Below are positions 1 through 10,985 of a DNA stretch of 64,000 nt, one piece after another. The DNA comes from an uncultured Acidobacteriota bacterium. GTDB taxonomy: Bacteria > Acidobacteriota > Thermoanaerobaculia > Gp7-AA8. The stretch's first letter is position 1, and the number at the start of each line of letters is the position of its first letter. The stretch spans positions 32,001 to 96,000 of the forward strand of contig CAWGHO010000001.1 in the NCBI GenBank assembly GCA_963822445.1, written 5' to 3'. Both the position numbers and the translations under genes were made by a program. The notes below the pieces were generated by a model. It made no database searches and was not told the origin of the DNA. It worked only from the letters and a program-made list of their open reading frames with translations.

Positions 1-1082
1 AGGGCACGACCTGCTTGATCGCCGCGACGTTCATCTGGCACGGGCTCAGGCAGGTCGGGCACTTCTCGTCGCGAATCCAGTCGCGGTGCGCCTGGCTGGC
101 GGCGCGTGAAGTAGAGCTGCCTCGGGATCCGTCTCGCGGACGTTGCCGACGACCTCGCTGTTCTCGCAGAAGAACATGCCGCCGTCGGGATTGAGCATGA
201 TGCCCTGGGTCTGGAACGGGCACGGCGCCATGCGGTGATAGCCGTTGGCGATCATGTCGGCGTAGTGCATGTAGATGTAGTTCTGGCCGTCGAGCAGCGG
301 GTCCATGCCGCACGCGGTCGAGGAAGAACTGCGCGCATCCGCTCTTCTTCTGGCCGATCGGCTTCGCACGTCGCTTCGAGCTCGCTGTTGCCGAGCATGG
401 CATCGGTGAAGCGGACCATGTTGAACACGATGTCCAGCTTCTCCTTGCTTCGCCCACGCCAGGATGTTCTCGGCGTCGTCGAGGTTCATGTGAGAAGATC
501 GTGGTCGAGATGCCGAAGTTGAACGGGATGCTTCTTCTGCAGCTCCTGCATCGCGCGGATCGTCTGCGTTGGCCTTGTCGAAGCCGCGCTTCACCTTGCG
601 CACCGTGTTGTGCATGTCGCCGACGCCGTCGATCGACACGCGGGTGCTGAAGATGACGCCGCGCTCGTCGCAGATCTCGACGATCTTCGTCAGCATCGGG
701 ATGGCGCGATGCGGCGTCAGGCCGGTGGTGTTGATGCCGAACTTGCGCAGCCGCGGCAGCTTGTCGAGCATGACGCGGACGATGTCGACCAGGTCGTTGC
801 GCGTGGTCGGCTCGCCACCGGAGATGTTGGCGTTCTCGATGTTCTTCCAGAGCGGCGAGCTCGAAGCCTTGCTCGATGTCGGCGAGCGTCATGTCGCGTC
901 TTGCGGTCGCCGCGCGTCCAGTTGCTGCACATCTCGCAGCGGGCGTCGCAGACGAACGTGCAGTGGAAGATCAGGACGGTCGGGTGAATGGGCTTGTACT
1001 TCGCGACGTAGGAGTTGACGAGGTCGCGAGGCGCGCTCGCGGCAGCCTTGGCGAGGTACCGCAAGGCGTAGACTTGTGCCAT
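1..1082 (-). CDS. Radical SAM protein with C-terminal SPASM/twitch-like domain (frameshifted; runs off window start)
   Basis: CTFVCDARCEMC (CxxxCxxC) in ORF 717..1226; core RVSIDG and CPFQTQGIMLNPDGGMFFC in ORF 46..771; CPTCLSPC near base 40-60. Confidence 0.85.
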
Positions 1083-1262
1083 AAGTTGTTGATTATACAC
1101 GGATTCAGCGTATCGCATAGCTGAGCGCTTGACTGGCCGGCCGCGAGACTTGGTAGCGTCGGTCAAATATGCCCAGTCCGGCTGGGCCACGCGCTTGGTG
1201 GTCTGGCGACTCGGCCTGTTGACCACCGAACACGGCGGCTAAGCGTCCCGGCTACCTCTTCG

Positions 1263-1716
1263 ATGCGCGCCTCGCTGGTTGCGGGCCGCCGTCCACGGCC
1301 GCGCTGCGGTCTTGTGCGCATGCGGTCGCCTGCGCTTCCTGACCTGGACCTGATCGCCGGCCAGCACAGCGGGATGACCCACAGCATTGGCTTCGTGGCG
1401 ATTGCCGGACTTGGCGCGCTCGCCTGGACACGGCAGCTGCCGGTTGGCGCTCGCGGGTGGCGCCTACGGCTCGCACGTGCTGTTCGACTGGCTCGGCCTC
1501 GACACGCCCCTCCGCTCGGGGTGATGGCGCTGTGGCCGTTCGACGCGAGCTTCTACATGTCGCCGTGGACGCCGCTGCCACCCGTATCCCGGCGGTACTG
1601 GCTGCCGGGTTCTGGCTGCGCAACGATGAAGGTCGCGCTCTTCGGAGCTGGTCATCTTCGGCTGCTTTTGCCGCGCTCGCTGGTGGCGCCGCGTGGCGAC
1701 GGAGCAGCAGGCGTGA
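1263..1716 (+). CDS. Membrane metal-dependent hydrolase (YdjM-like), frameshifted, start uncertain
   Basis: LPDLD...HSGMTHS motif, later HVLFDW and GVMALWPF across frames. Confidence 0.65.
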
Positions 1717-1729
1717 CGCGGAAGCGCGC

Positions 1730-2418
1730 ATGGAACGCAGAATCCGGTTCGAGGCGCGCGACGACTACGGCAACTTCGACGCGAACCTGCGGTTCCTCGA
1801 AGCGCGCCGGCGCGCTAAGCGGGGGACACGGACGCTCGAGATCGGCACCGGCAAGGGACGCATGCTGCGCGAGCTGCAGCGGCTCGGACTGCACGTGCGA
1901 GGGGATCGAGAACAACCGCTGGATGGTGGAGGAGAGCCGCCGTCTGCACGGCGATCTGCCCGGTGACACTGGTCACGGGCACACGCTCCCGTTCCCCGAC
2001 GCGTCCTTCGACGTCGTCATCAGCTTCGACGTGTTCGAGCACATCGCCGAGAGCGATGCGCACCTGCGCGAGGTCGGCCGCGTGCTGGTTCCGGGCGGGC
2101 GGTATCTGCTGCAGACGCCCGAACAAGTGGACGAACTCGGTGTTCGAAACCATCCGATGGCGGAGCTTCACGGCCTGGCGGAAGGATCACTGCGCCCTGC
2201 ACAGCTACGCGCAGGCGCAGCGGCGGTTTGCGAGACACCGGTTCGAGGTGCGCTTCCACGAGTCCCGGTCGTCACCGATTTCTTTCAAGCGCAAGGTGCG
2301 GCGTTACCTCGGCTCGGCCCGGGGCTGATGCCTGAAGGTCGTCAACCCCGATCGGCTGCCCATGCCGCTGCGGACCAACTTCTACATCGAAGCCGTCATG
2401 CGCGGCTGCGGCTCCTGA
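1730..2418 (+). CDS. Class I SAM-dependent methyltransferase (frameshifted)
   Basis: LEIGTGKG; LPFPDASFDVVISFDVFEHI; VLVPGGRYLLQTP in successive frames. Confidence 0.85.
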
Positions 2419-3335
2419 GATAGAGCAGGGCGCCGGGCAGGTTGGCAACGAGGCCGGTGAGCATGATCAGCGTCGAGAGCGCCAGCGCTTCGGGCTTGCC
2501 AACCGCCTTGCGCCTGCAGCAGCGCGACGATGACAACCTGCGGCAGCCCGAACCCGCCGAGCGAGATTGGCAGCAGCAGCCCGATCAGGCCGATTGGCAT
2601 GAACACCAGATAGTACGTGAACGGCACGTCGATGCCGATGCCGGTGCCGAGACGATAGGCCTGCACGATCCGGAGCAGTTGAAGACCGATCGAGAGCGCA
2701 GCACGGCGCCATTGCACGCCGCTGGCCGCGATACTGTGAGATCGCATCGGCGATGCGCGTGAACCTCAGCCCGATTCCGCGTTGCGCGCAACCGTTCCGG
2801 GATGGCGGCCCGGACCCAGCGATCTGCCCACAGCAGCGCCACGCATCCGATGCGCCGGCGGCCGCGGTCAGCAGCAGGATGCTCGCCGGCGTGCCCGTCT
2901 GCCGCCCCCAGGCGACCGCTCCGGCAAGACCCACGAGCAGCAAAGAGAACAGTCCAAGGACCCGGTCCATGGCGATGGAGGCGACGGCGTCGCTGCCTGC
3001 GCCGTCCGCTGGGTCAGGGTGTACGCCCGTGCGGCATCTCCACCGATTCCGCCGGGCGTGGAGCGCCGACGAACGAACTCACCAGATGGATCCAGGCCGC
3101 CGATTTGGCAGCGACACCTGCTGGCCGGTGGCGCGAATGAGGATGACCCATCGCCAGATGGTCACGGCGCGGTCGATAGCGAGCAGGGCGGCAGGACCAC
3201 AATCGCGGCAAGAGGCGACAGCCTGGCGAGCGCGCGTGCCGTGTCTCCGAGATCGATCGTCAGAGCAGATAGAGCGAGCACGACCGCGGTCAGCAGCGCC
3301 CGAAACCAGATCGACCCGGTCAGCCTCGCAATCAC
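2382..3335 (-). CDS. Lysylphosphatidylglycerol-synthase TM domain (UPF0104 flippase-like) membrane protein, frameshifted
   Basis: Hydrophobic segments; MDRVLGLFSLL and LLPISLGGFG motifs; similar to 7744..8733. Confidence 0.75.
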
Positions 3336-4054
3336 TCGACCGGCTTGCGGGCGACGAATTCGAGGGTTTAGAAGAGGTTCTTGCGGACCTGAAAAAGGAG
3401 GTCTTCGGTGTGGGTATACCGGGACAGCATGTCGAGGCCCGGGAGGTTGGCGAATATCGACGCCGGCAGCGAGCAGATCCCGCTTGACGCCGGTCGCCGC
3501 GCCGATGCTGCGGACGATCTGGCGGATGTCGAAGCCGCCGTCATACAACAGCTGCCGCACCCGGCGTTCGGTGGTGACGAAGTTGTGCGTATAGTCGACG
3601 TCCCAGAAGAACGCCCGCTCCTTGAGGTAATCAGGCACGACGATGAAGAGCATGCCGCCGGGCTTGAGTACGCGCCGGGCCTCGGCGACGAATTGCCGCG
3701 CGGCATCGATGCCCGACATGTGCTCGAGCACCTGGTCCGCGTAGACGACGTCGCAGCTCTCGTCGGCCACGGGGATGGGCGGTGCCCAGCCCTCGATGAC
3801 CTCGAGTCCCTTTTCCCTGAGTTGATCGATCAGAATCGTGCTGGCTTCGACGGCGCGGTAGCGCCAGCCGGCGTCTCGGCGAGGAGTGCGAGCGAGCCCT
3901 GGCCGGGACCGATTTCGAGGAACTCACCTGGCGGGGACGTGTGGCGCATCAGCAAGCCAAGACGCGAGCGCTCGGTGCGCCCGCGTCTTGCTTTGCCGAA
4001 ACCGGTCAGCTCTTTCTGGCGATCGGAAAACCAGCGATAGAAAGTGCCCGGCAA
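3332..4054 (-). CDS. Class I SAM-dependent methyltransferase (frameshifted)
   Basis: LEIGPGQG; DVVYADQVLEH; RVLKPGGMLFIVVPD; FWDVDYTH. Confidence 0.85.
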
Positions 4055-4060
4055 TACGCG

Positions 4061-4958
4061 TTACTGAAGTCCGAACGATCCGGGGAATCGGCCCCGGCTG
4101 GTCCAGCGGCCGAGCGCGCCGCCAACGCCGGTGATGTCGCTCTGTGTCGGGATCCCCGCGCCGCCGCAGTGGCCGAGCAGGATGTCGAAGATGTATACCT
4201 CGGTCGTGCCCTCGTCGGGCTGGTTCCCCAGTTGTACGCGATGACGTCGAATGAGGGATCGGCGGCGTTGCCGCGCTTGCCGTTGTAACCCCACCGCGTG
4301 TCAGTCAGCCGGAGCGCGTCGACGACCTTGTCCATGAACTCCCAGCCGGTAACTGGATGGCCGCCGTGTGCTGGGTCCTGACAGGACCGCCGGGACGAGG
4401 TAATGCCGGGGTTGGCGATCGACCACCTGCGCGATGATCGGCATTGCGATCGGGGCGCGGCAGGCGCCCGCCGCCTGGATTCGGCGTCCGGTTCTCCTTG
4501 ACGGTCAGGAAGCGGGCGGTCGCCGACCATGCGGTAACGGCGCCATCGCGCGTGGCCCGAACGCGCCAGCGATAGGGCGTATCACGCGCGAGGTCTTCGC
4601 CCAGGACCCAGGTCGTGGTGCCCTCGCCGGGCGCCAGCGATGCGCTGCGGATCACATTCCCCCCGTCGTCCTGGAGCTGGAACTCGTAGGTGAATGCCTG
4701 ATTATTCGTAAACTTGCCGGCGGTGTTGTTCGCAACCATGGTTGGCGACCGGCTGGTCAAACGCGTGTCGCCGGTCGGCGACTCCGGAGTAGGTGCCGGC
4801 GCTTTCAGCGTCGAGCCGTCCGGCCCGGCGCCGGTATCGCTGACCGCGGTTGTCGTCGAGGGAGCAGTGGGATTATCGGGCGCGCTGCTGCACGCGAGTG
4901 TCGTGGCCAGTGCTGATGCACAGCCCACCATCGTCAGGATTCTCAGTTTCCCGTACAT
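4061..4958 (-). CDS. Lipoprotein with FN3/Ig-like region and uncharacterised C-terminal domain (2 frameshifts)
   Basis: Lipobox TLAC; YRWRVRA strand; C-terminal WEFMDKVVDALR..DTRWGYNGKRG..GHC..WTSRGRF assembled from ORFs 4305, 4006 and 4061; paralogous to 6175..7398. Confidence 0.75.
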
Positions 4959-5131
4959 CTAGTTCTCCAAGGTTTCAGTAGGTGCGACACGAACCGGCCG
5001 CGGCCCATATTGTAACCGATCCACACCCGGATTTGAGCCCATTTTCTGCGCTTCAACTGCTCACTTGCACGCCAATGTCCATCACGGTCGTGTTACGATT
5101 ACGGCCTCTGTCTTACGTTTTCGAGGTGCTA

Positions 5132-5923
5132 ATGCGTAAGTGTTTCGTGATTGCTGCGGCCGCGTTCGTTTCTTGTCTGTCAGCATCGTCAGCCAGCGCT
5201 CAGTCATCATGGTCATCATGGTCGCCCCTCGATGGCCGCCTGATTTTCAGTCTCAATGCCGCGGGGCAAACCGGAAGCCAGGATCTCACTCGCACCAACA
5301 CGTTCAGCTTGTACGAAGAGCAGGCGACCGAGGAGTTCTCCCAGAAGGTCGAGGCCGGCCCCTTCCTGGATATCGGCGCGGCATACAAAATTGGACAGGA
5401 CTTCGGGCTCGGTCCCGATCGGTTCGGCATCGGAATGGTGTACACGTCGTTGAAATCCTCTGAAAACGGTTCCATGACTGGTTCGTACCCTCATCCGGAC
5501 TTCTTCGACCGCCCACGCTCCATCACGGCAACAGTCGACAACCTGGAGCACAAAGAACAGGCCGTCCATATTCAGGCAATCCTGTTCATCCCGTTCGTTG
5601 AAAAAGTCGATTTCGCGCTTTCGGTGGGCCCGTCGTTCTTCACGACGAGCCAGGACTTCATACGGAGTGTGCAGATCAGCGAGAATCCGCCCGCGTTCAA
5701 TTCGGTGAACGTCGATTCCGTTGATGTGGTGAATGTCAAGGAGTCTTCTGTCGGGTTCAACCTCGGCATGGACGTCACCTACTCATTCACCCCGACCATC
5801 GGCGCTGGCGCGATGCTCCGCTTCACCCACAGCTCGCAGGATTTCACAGTGGCGGAAGGGCAGAGTGCCTCCCTCGATGTAGGCGGCTTTCAAATCGGCG
5901 CTGGCGTCCGGCTTCGCTTCTGA
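5132..5923 (+). CDS. Outer-membrane beta-barrel protein
   Basis: Signal peptide (ASA-Q), alternating beta strands, terminal GAGVRLRF; RBS GAGGTG before ATG 5132. Confidence 0.8.
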   Translation: MRKCFVIAAAAFVSCLSASSASAQSSWSSWSPLDGRLIFSLNAAGQTGSQDLTRTNTFSLYEEQATEEFSQKVEAGPFLDIGAAYKIGQDFGLGPDRFGIGMVYTSLKSSENGSMTGSYPHPDFFDRPRSITATVDNLEHKEQAVHIQAILFIPFVEKVDFALSVGPSFFTTSQDFIRSVQISENPPAFNSVNVDSVDVVNVKESSVGFNLGMDVTYSFTPTIGAGAMLRFTHSSQDFTVAEGQSASLDVGGFQIGAGVRLRF

Positions 5924-5926
5924 TCG

Positions 5927-6082
5927 GCGATCGACATCGCCTTTTCGCTCATTTCAGGGCCGGATAAGCTTAGCTGTAAGCCTCGTGGACATCATCGGCG
6001 GCCACTGCGGGCCGACTCCCGCGCCGACCCGCAGGATCTCAGCGATCTCCGAACGGTCTGGTTGAGCAGGGGCCGATTCTAG
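5927..6082 (+). pseudogene. Decayed third copy of the lipoprotein C-terminal domain
   Basis: Translates LVDIIGGHCGPTPAPT, then after one frameshift QDLSDLRTVWLSRGRF-stop, matching DVIVGHCG..WTSRGRF of both lipoproteins. Confidence 0.7.
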
Positions 6083-6121
6083 CCCGCGCGTTACCCGACA
6101 ACAGCAAATACCCGCCGAACG

Positions 6122-6155
6122 AAAAAGGGCGGTGAGTTTGAAGCTCGCCGCCCTT
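6122..6155 (-). terminator. Intrinsic terminator of 6175..7398
   Basis: Stem AAGGGCGGTGAG/CTCGCCGCCCTT followed by a T-run on the minus strand, 20 nt after the stop. Confidence 0.75.
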
Positions 6156-6174
6156 GTCTGGTACGCTGATCGGC

Positions 6175-7398
6175 TCAGAACCGCCCGCGGCTTGTCCAGC
6201 GACCGATCGTGCCGCCCTGGCGCGTGGCTTCCGTCACGTCGATCCACGCCGGCCCCGGGCCGCCGCAATGCCCGACGATGACGTCGATGATGTAGACATC
6301 CGTGCTGCCCTCGTCGCCACCGCGGCTGTAGTGGTAGGCGATGGCGTCGTGCGACGGGTCGCCGCTGTTGCCGCGTTTGCCGTTGTAGCCCCACCGGGTG
6401 TCGCACTTCCGCAGCTCATCGACCACTCGGTCCATGAATTCCCAGGTGCCGCCCTGCGACTGGCAGGAGTTGGCCAGCGCGCCCGGATAGTTGTTGGCAA
6501 CCCACTGCACGACATGGAACATGTTCTGAAGCGGCAACTGACCGCCGGCAGGATCCGGGGCGCGTCCGCCGCCGCTGCAGCCGCTGCTGCCACCGCCGCC
6601 GCCACCACCGCCGCCGCCACCCCCTCCTCCGCCGCCACTCGCGGCGGGCGTCAGGAACTGGTGCGTCGGCGACCACGGGGTCGACGTCTCACCGTCGGTG
6701 GCGTGGACGCGCCAGTAATGCCGGAGATTCGGATCGAGCTCGCGGTCGACCGTCCACGACGTCTGCTCCACCACGAGGCCGGTGGCGGAGATCTGCGTGA
6801 AGGCAGGGTCCTTCGCGACCATGAAGAAATAGCTGACGGTTCCGATGGCGGAGTTGCGGTCGGAGGGATTGACGCGAAGGGTCGGGCGGCGAGTCGTGAC
6901 GCGCTCGTCGTTGATTGGCGAGACGACGCCCGGAACACTCAGCTGCGCACGTGGCAGCAGCTCGAATTGCGCCGTGGAATAGGTGCTGCTGTTGGCGCCG
7001 TCCTCCGCGCGGGCGCGCCAGTAGTAGCCCCGGCCGAGCTCGAGCGCGTCGATCTGGACGCTCGTGCGCCCGCCCTCGCCGGCGGCGACGCCGCTGCGCG
7101 CGAACACCTTCGTCTTGAACTCGTTGTCGCTCGCCACCTCGAACAGGTAGCTCACCGTCCGCACGCCATTGGTGACGGAGTTCTCGATCACCAGCCTGAT
7201 CGGCTGCTGCTTCTCTTTGAACTTGAATCCCTGCGCCGGTTCCAACAGCTTGGGCGCCGTGATCTCAACGCCGGCGATCGGCCCGGCGACGGAAGGACTG
7301 AGGGGGTTCGAGCTTTTCTTCGCTTCGCATGCCGCGAGCGCCATGGCGGCGAGACCCGCTGCTACGAAACGTGTAACCGAGGTAACGTTTTTGTTCAT
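6175..7398 (-). CDS. Lipoprotein with two FN3/Ig-like repeats, poly-Gly linker and uncharacterised C-terminal domain
   Basis: Lipobox LAAC; repeats YYWRARA and HYWRVHA; long Gly run; intact ORF. Confidence 0.85.
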   Translation of the reverse strand: MNKNVTSVTRFVAAGLAAMALAACEAKKSSNPLSPSVAGPIAGVEITAPKLLEPAQGFKFKEKQQPIRLVIENSVTNGVRTVSYLFEVASDNEFKTKVFARSGVAAGEGGRTSVQIDALELGRGYYWRARAEDGANSSTYSTAQFELLPRAQLSVPGVVSPINDERVTTRRPTLRVNPSDRNSAIGTVSYFFMVAKDPAFTQISATGLVVEQTSWTVDRELDPNLRHYWRVHATDGETSTPWSPTHQFLTPAASGGGGGGGGGGGGGGGGSSGCSGGGRAPDPAGGQLPLQNMFHVVQWVANNYPGALANSCQSQGGTWEFMDRVVDELRKCDTRWGYNGKRGNSGDPSHDAIAYHYSRGGDEGSTDVYIIDVIVGHCGGPGPAWIDVTEATRQGGTIGRWTSRGRF

Positions 7399-7743
7399 GG
7401 GCTTTCGGACCCGGACCGGGTACGCCTGACGGAGAAAACCCCCGTTTTTATTGGGTAATTACGTTAGCGATGTTATCGGTTCGTGTGCGACCGGGAAACA
7501 GGCGCGCCGCACGTCGTGCAAAATGTGTAACCTCAGCCGAGATTTTGCAAGCTCGACTGGGTTCCGCTTCGTCGCGCGGCCTGCCCGACGAGGGTGGGCG
7601 CGGCGTACGTCCTCGCGGACTGCTCAAAACTGCATCGCCCTGCAACCGTACGGGCGCGCCGGCGCTCACCCCTCGACGTAATTCGACGACCGACTCGTCG
7701 GTCCGGTCGGGTGAGGAAGGCGCTACGGACGAACGCGAGCGGA

Positions 7744-8733
7744 TTACGTGATTTCGGTGGCGCCTGCGGGCGCGACACGACCCTGCCGCGAGCGGAACAG
7801 GAGGACGCCCCCTCCGCTCAGCGAGAAGAGCATGATCAGGCCGGCGCTCCCGAGCGAGAGCGTCAGCGCAGAGCTTACGTCCAGCCCCAGGCTCGTGAAG
7901 AAGAACGCGAACACGGCTTCACGAACGCCGAAGCCATTGATCGACAGCGGCGCCATCTGCACCGCGAGGCTGATCGGGACGATGACCGAGGCCGCCAGCA
8001 GGGGGAACGGGACGGCGAGACTGCGCGCCGCGCAGATGTAAAAGAGTACGAGCAGCAGCTGCACGCCGAGGGCGCCGGCAAAGGCGAACCAGACCGGTCG
8101 CGGCTGTCCCGCGAAGCGATGGATGGCGCCGACGAGGTTGTTCAAGCGGGTTTGAATCGCCTCGGCGCGGCCCGAGCCGGCGGCGTGAATCAGGCGGGTG
8201 AGCAGGGTCGGCCAGCGCAGCACGACCAGCAGGCCGATGCTGAGCGCGACCAGCGCGAGCCAGATCCACAGGCTGGCTTTGAGCTGGACACCGCCGAGGG
8301 TGGCCAGCCCTGACGCCAGCGCCGCGACGGCGAGCAGCGCGATCAATCCGAGGATGCGATCCACCAGCACGACCGTAGTCGCGAGCGTCTTCGACCCGGT
8401 GTAGGGCGCGGTGTCCGCGACGCGGATGACGTCGCCGCCGATGTTGCTCGGCAGGAAGTTGTTGAAGAAGGTGGCCACGAGGAACGACTTCGTCAGGATG
8501 CCGAAGCGGACGTGCACTGCCTGAATCTTCAGCAGCAGCCGCCAGCGCCAGGCGCTGACGAGGAGCATCAGTCCGTACATGCCGAGCGCCGCACTCATCC
8601 AGGCCAGATTCATCTGGCGGAACTGGGTCAGCATGGTGCGGAGATCCGCGCGGTTGAAGAGCACCGCCAGGAGGCTGGCACTCACCGTCAACTTGACGAC
8701 AGCAAGCGCCGTCTTCAGGCCGGGTCGTTTCAT
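7744..8733 (-). CDS. Lysylphosphatidylglycerol-synthase TM domain (flippase-like) protein
   Basis: RWRLLL; FFNNFLPSNIGGDVIRV; DRILG; PLSINGFGVRE. Confidence 0.9.
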   Translation of the reverse strand: MKRPGLKTALAVVKLTVSASLLAVLFNRADLRTMLTQFRQMNLAWMSAALGMYGLMLLVSAWRWRLLLKIQAVHVRFGILTKSFLVATFFNNFLPSNIGGDVIRVADTAPYTGSKTLATTVVLVDRILGLIALLAVAALASGLATLGGVQLKASLWIWLALVALSIGLLVVLRWPTLLTRLIHAAGSGRAEAIQTRLNNLVGAIHRFAGQPRPVWFAFAGALGVQLLLVLFYICAARSLAVPFPLLAASVIVPISLAVQMAPLSINGFGVREAVFAFFFTSLGLDVSSALTLSLGSAGLIMLFSLSGGGVLLFRSRQGRVAPAGATEIT

Positions 8734-8805
8734 CAAGCTGTAGAATTGAACCTTGCGATGACAGCGCAGCTCGCTGCGCAAGCGGAAGTAAGGATACCAC
8801 ACCGA

Positions 8806-10002
8806 ATGCGGATTCTCATGCTCGCGCCGGAGCCGTTCTTCGAGCCGCGCGGCACACCGTTCAGCGAATACCATCGCTTCAAAGCGCTCTCGGAGCTGGG
8901 CCATCGGTCGATCTCGTCACCTATCCGTTCGGCAGCGACGTGGCGCTGCCCAACCTCCGCATCATCCGATCGCCGGAGGCCGCCGCTGATCACACGGTCC
9001 GCATCGGTCCGTCGTTCGGGAAGCTGGTGCTCGATGTCTGGCTCGCGGTCACCGCGTGGCGGCGGGCCCGGCGGAGCCGTACGACCTGATCCATTCGCAC
9101 GAGGAGGCTGGGCCTCTCGGCGTCTGGCTCGCAAAGCGCCTCGGCATCCCGCACCTGTACGACATGCACTCGAGCCTGCCGCAGCAGCTGACCAACTTCC
9201 GGTTCTGCAGGGAATGCGATGCTCCGGAAAGCGTTCGAGATCATGCGAGGATCGGACGGTCTCGGTTCGGATGTCGTCATCACCATCTGCAAGGACCTGC
9301 AGGATCACGTCACGGCCATGGGCGCTGGCGGCCGCGCCGTCCTGATCGAGAACGTGATGGGCGGCGACGTGGAGGAGCCGCCCCGATTGACGCCCGACGC
9401 GATCCGCGAGCGCTGGAACATCCCGCGCGCCGCGCCGCTCGTGCTCTACACGGGCACGTTCGAGCCCTACCAGGGACTCGATCTGCTCTTCGACGCGCTG
9501 GGCATCGTCGCCCGCACTCATCCACACGTGCGTGCGCTCATCGTCGGTGGACGGCCGGAACAGGTCGAGGCCGCGCGCGCCCGGGCCGAGACCGCAGGCG
9601 CCGCCGTCGTCCTGACCGGCCACCAGCCGGCGCGCGAGGTGCCGGCGTTCGTCGCGGCCTCGGACATCCTTGCGTCCCCCGGATTGCCGGCACGAATACG
9701 CCGTTGAAGATCTACTCGTACCTCCGGTCGGGCAAGCCGATCGTCGCGACGGATCTGCTCACGCATACACAGGTGCTCGATCGCGAAATCGCGCCCTGCT
9801 CGTTGCGCCCGAGCCCGCCGCGTTTGCCGCGGCGCTCACGAAGCTGCTCGACGACCGCTCGCTCGGTGACGCGATTTCGGGCGCGGCCCGCGAGCGCGCA
9901 CGAACCCGGTACAGCCGGGACGCATACGTGGCGCTGACCCGGGACGTCTGCGAGCGCGTCGCGCGGCCCCGTGGCGTCGTCGGAGTGCCGTCGCGCGCAT
10001 GA
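8806..10002 (+). CDS. Glycosyltransferase family 4 (frameshifted)
   Basis: MRILMLAPEPFFEPRG; LYTGTFEPYQGLD; PLKIYSYLRSGKPIVATD. Confidence 0.9.
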
Positions 10003-10985
10003 AGGTTCTCGTCACCGGAGCGACGGGGTTCACGGGCGGTCATCTTGCGCGGCACCTGATTCGGAACGGCAATGCCGTCGCGGCGCTCGTGCGGCCGGCG
10101 AGCGTTCGACGCGCGGAGGAGCTCGCCAGCACTGGCGTCGAGATTCGCGTGGGTGATCTCTCCGACGCCGCGGCGGTGACGCAAGCGGTCAAAGGAGCCG
10201 AGGTCGTCTACCACATCGCCGCCACCTATCGCGAAGCGGGGCAGGGAAGCGCGGAGTACACGAAAGTCAACGTGAACGGCACGCGGCACGTCCTCGAGGC
10301 CGCCGCCGCGGCTGGCGCCACCCGCGTCGTCCACTGCAGCACCGGAGGTGTGCACGGACATATCGAGCGGCCGCCGGCGAACGAGGACGCGCCTTTCGCT
10401 CCCGGCGACGTGTACCAGAGAACGAAGCTCGAGGCGGAACGCTACGCGGTCGAGTTCGGCCAGCGGCATCGTCTCGACGTCGTCGTCGCACGGCCGATTG
10501 GCATTTACGGCCCGGGAGATCTGCGGTTCTTGAAGATGTTTCGCGGGATCGCGCGCGGCCGCTTTCCGATGCTGGGGCCTGGCACGGTCTTCTACCACCT
10601 GACCTACATCGACGACCTGGTCCGCGGCCTGGAGCTCTGCGGCATTGTTCCTCAGGCGGCAGGACGGACTTACATTCTCGCGGGGCCCGAGTACACGACG
10701 CTGCGCCAGCTCGTCGATCTGATCGCGCGCGAGCTTCGCGTCTCGCCACCGCGCCTGCACTTTCCGGTCTGGCCGGTCTGGCTCGCGGGTGCGCTGTGCG
10801 AAGCGGTCTGCGTGCCGCTGCGCATTCAGCCGCCGCTGTTCAGGCGCCGAGTGGATTTCTATCGCAAGAGCCGCGCCTTCGACACCACCCGGGCGCGGCA
10901 GGAGCTGGGCTACAATCCGACGATCGACCTCAAGGACGGCATCGCCCGTACCGCCGCTTGGTATCGAGAGGCGGGATTGCTTTGA
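9999..10985 (+). CDS. NAD-dependent epimerase/dehydratase
   Basis: GATGFTG, YQRTK (YxxxK), IYGPGD; intact ORF; ATGA overlap with upstream gene. Confidence 0.92.
   Translation: MKVLVTGATGFTGGHLARHLIRNGNAVAALVRPASVRRAEELASTGVEIRVGDLSDAAAVTQAVKGAEVVYHIAATYREAGQGSAEYTKVNVNGTRHVLEAAAAAGATRVVHCSTGGVHGHIERPPANEDAPFAPGDVYQRTKLEAERYAVEFGQRHRLDVVVARPIGIYGPGDLRFLKMFRGIARGRFPMLGPGTVFYHLTYIDDLVRGLELCGIVPQAAGRTYILAGPEYTTLRQLVDLIARELRVSPPRLHFPVWPVWLAGALCEAVCVPLRIQPPLFRRRVDFYRKSRAFDTTRARQELGYNPTIDLKDGIARTAAWYREAGLL

Noticed and set aside
5927-6082. DGR template repeat for the lipoprotein tips
   Set aside because: No reverse transcriptase in the window, and differences are extensive rather than adenine-specific
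6560-6645. GCC-rich tract as a phase-variation site
   Set aside because: Imperfect triplet repeat encoding a Gly linker; slippage would keep the frame
6154-7458. Long antisense ORFs (also 24609..26078, 33071..34795, 43780..45177, 55325..56620)
   Set aside because: Shadow frames of well-supported genes in GC-rich DNA, with no motifs
1-10985. Hopanoid side-chain (hpn) cluster suggested by radical SAM, epimerase and LPG-TM genes
   Set aside because: No squalene synthase/cyclase or diagnostic Hpn motifs; these families are generic
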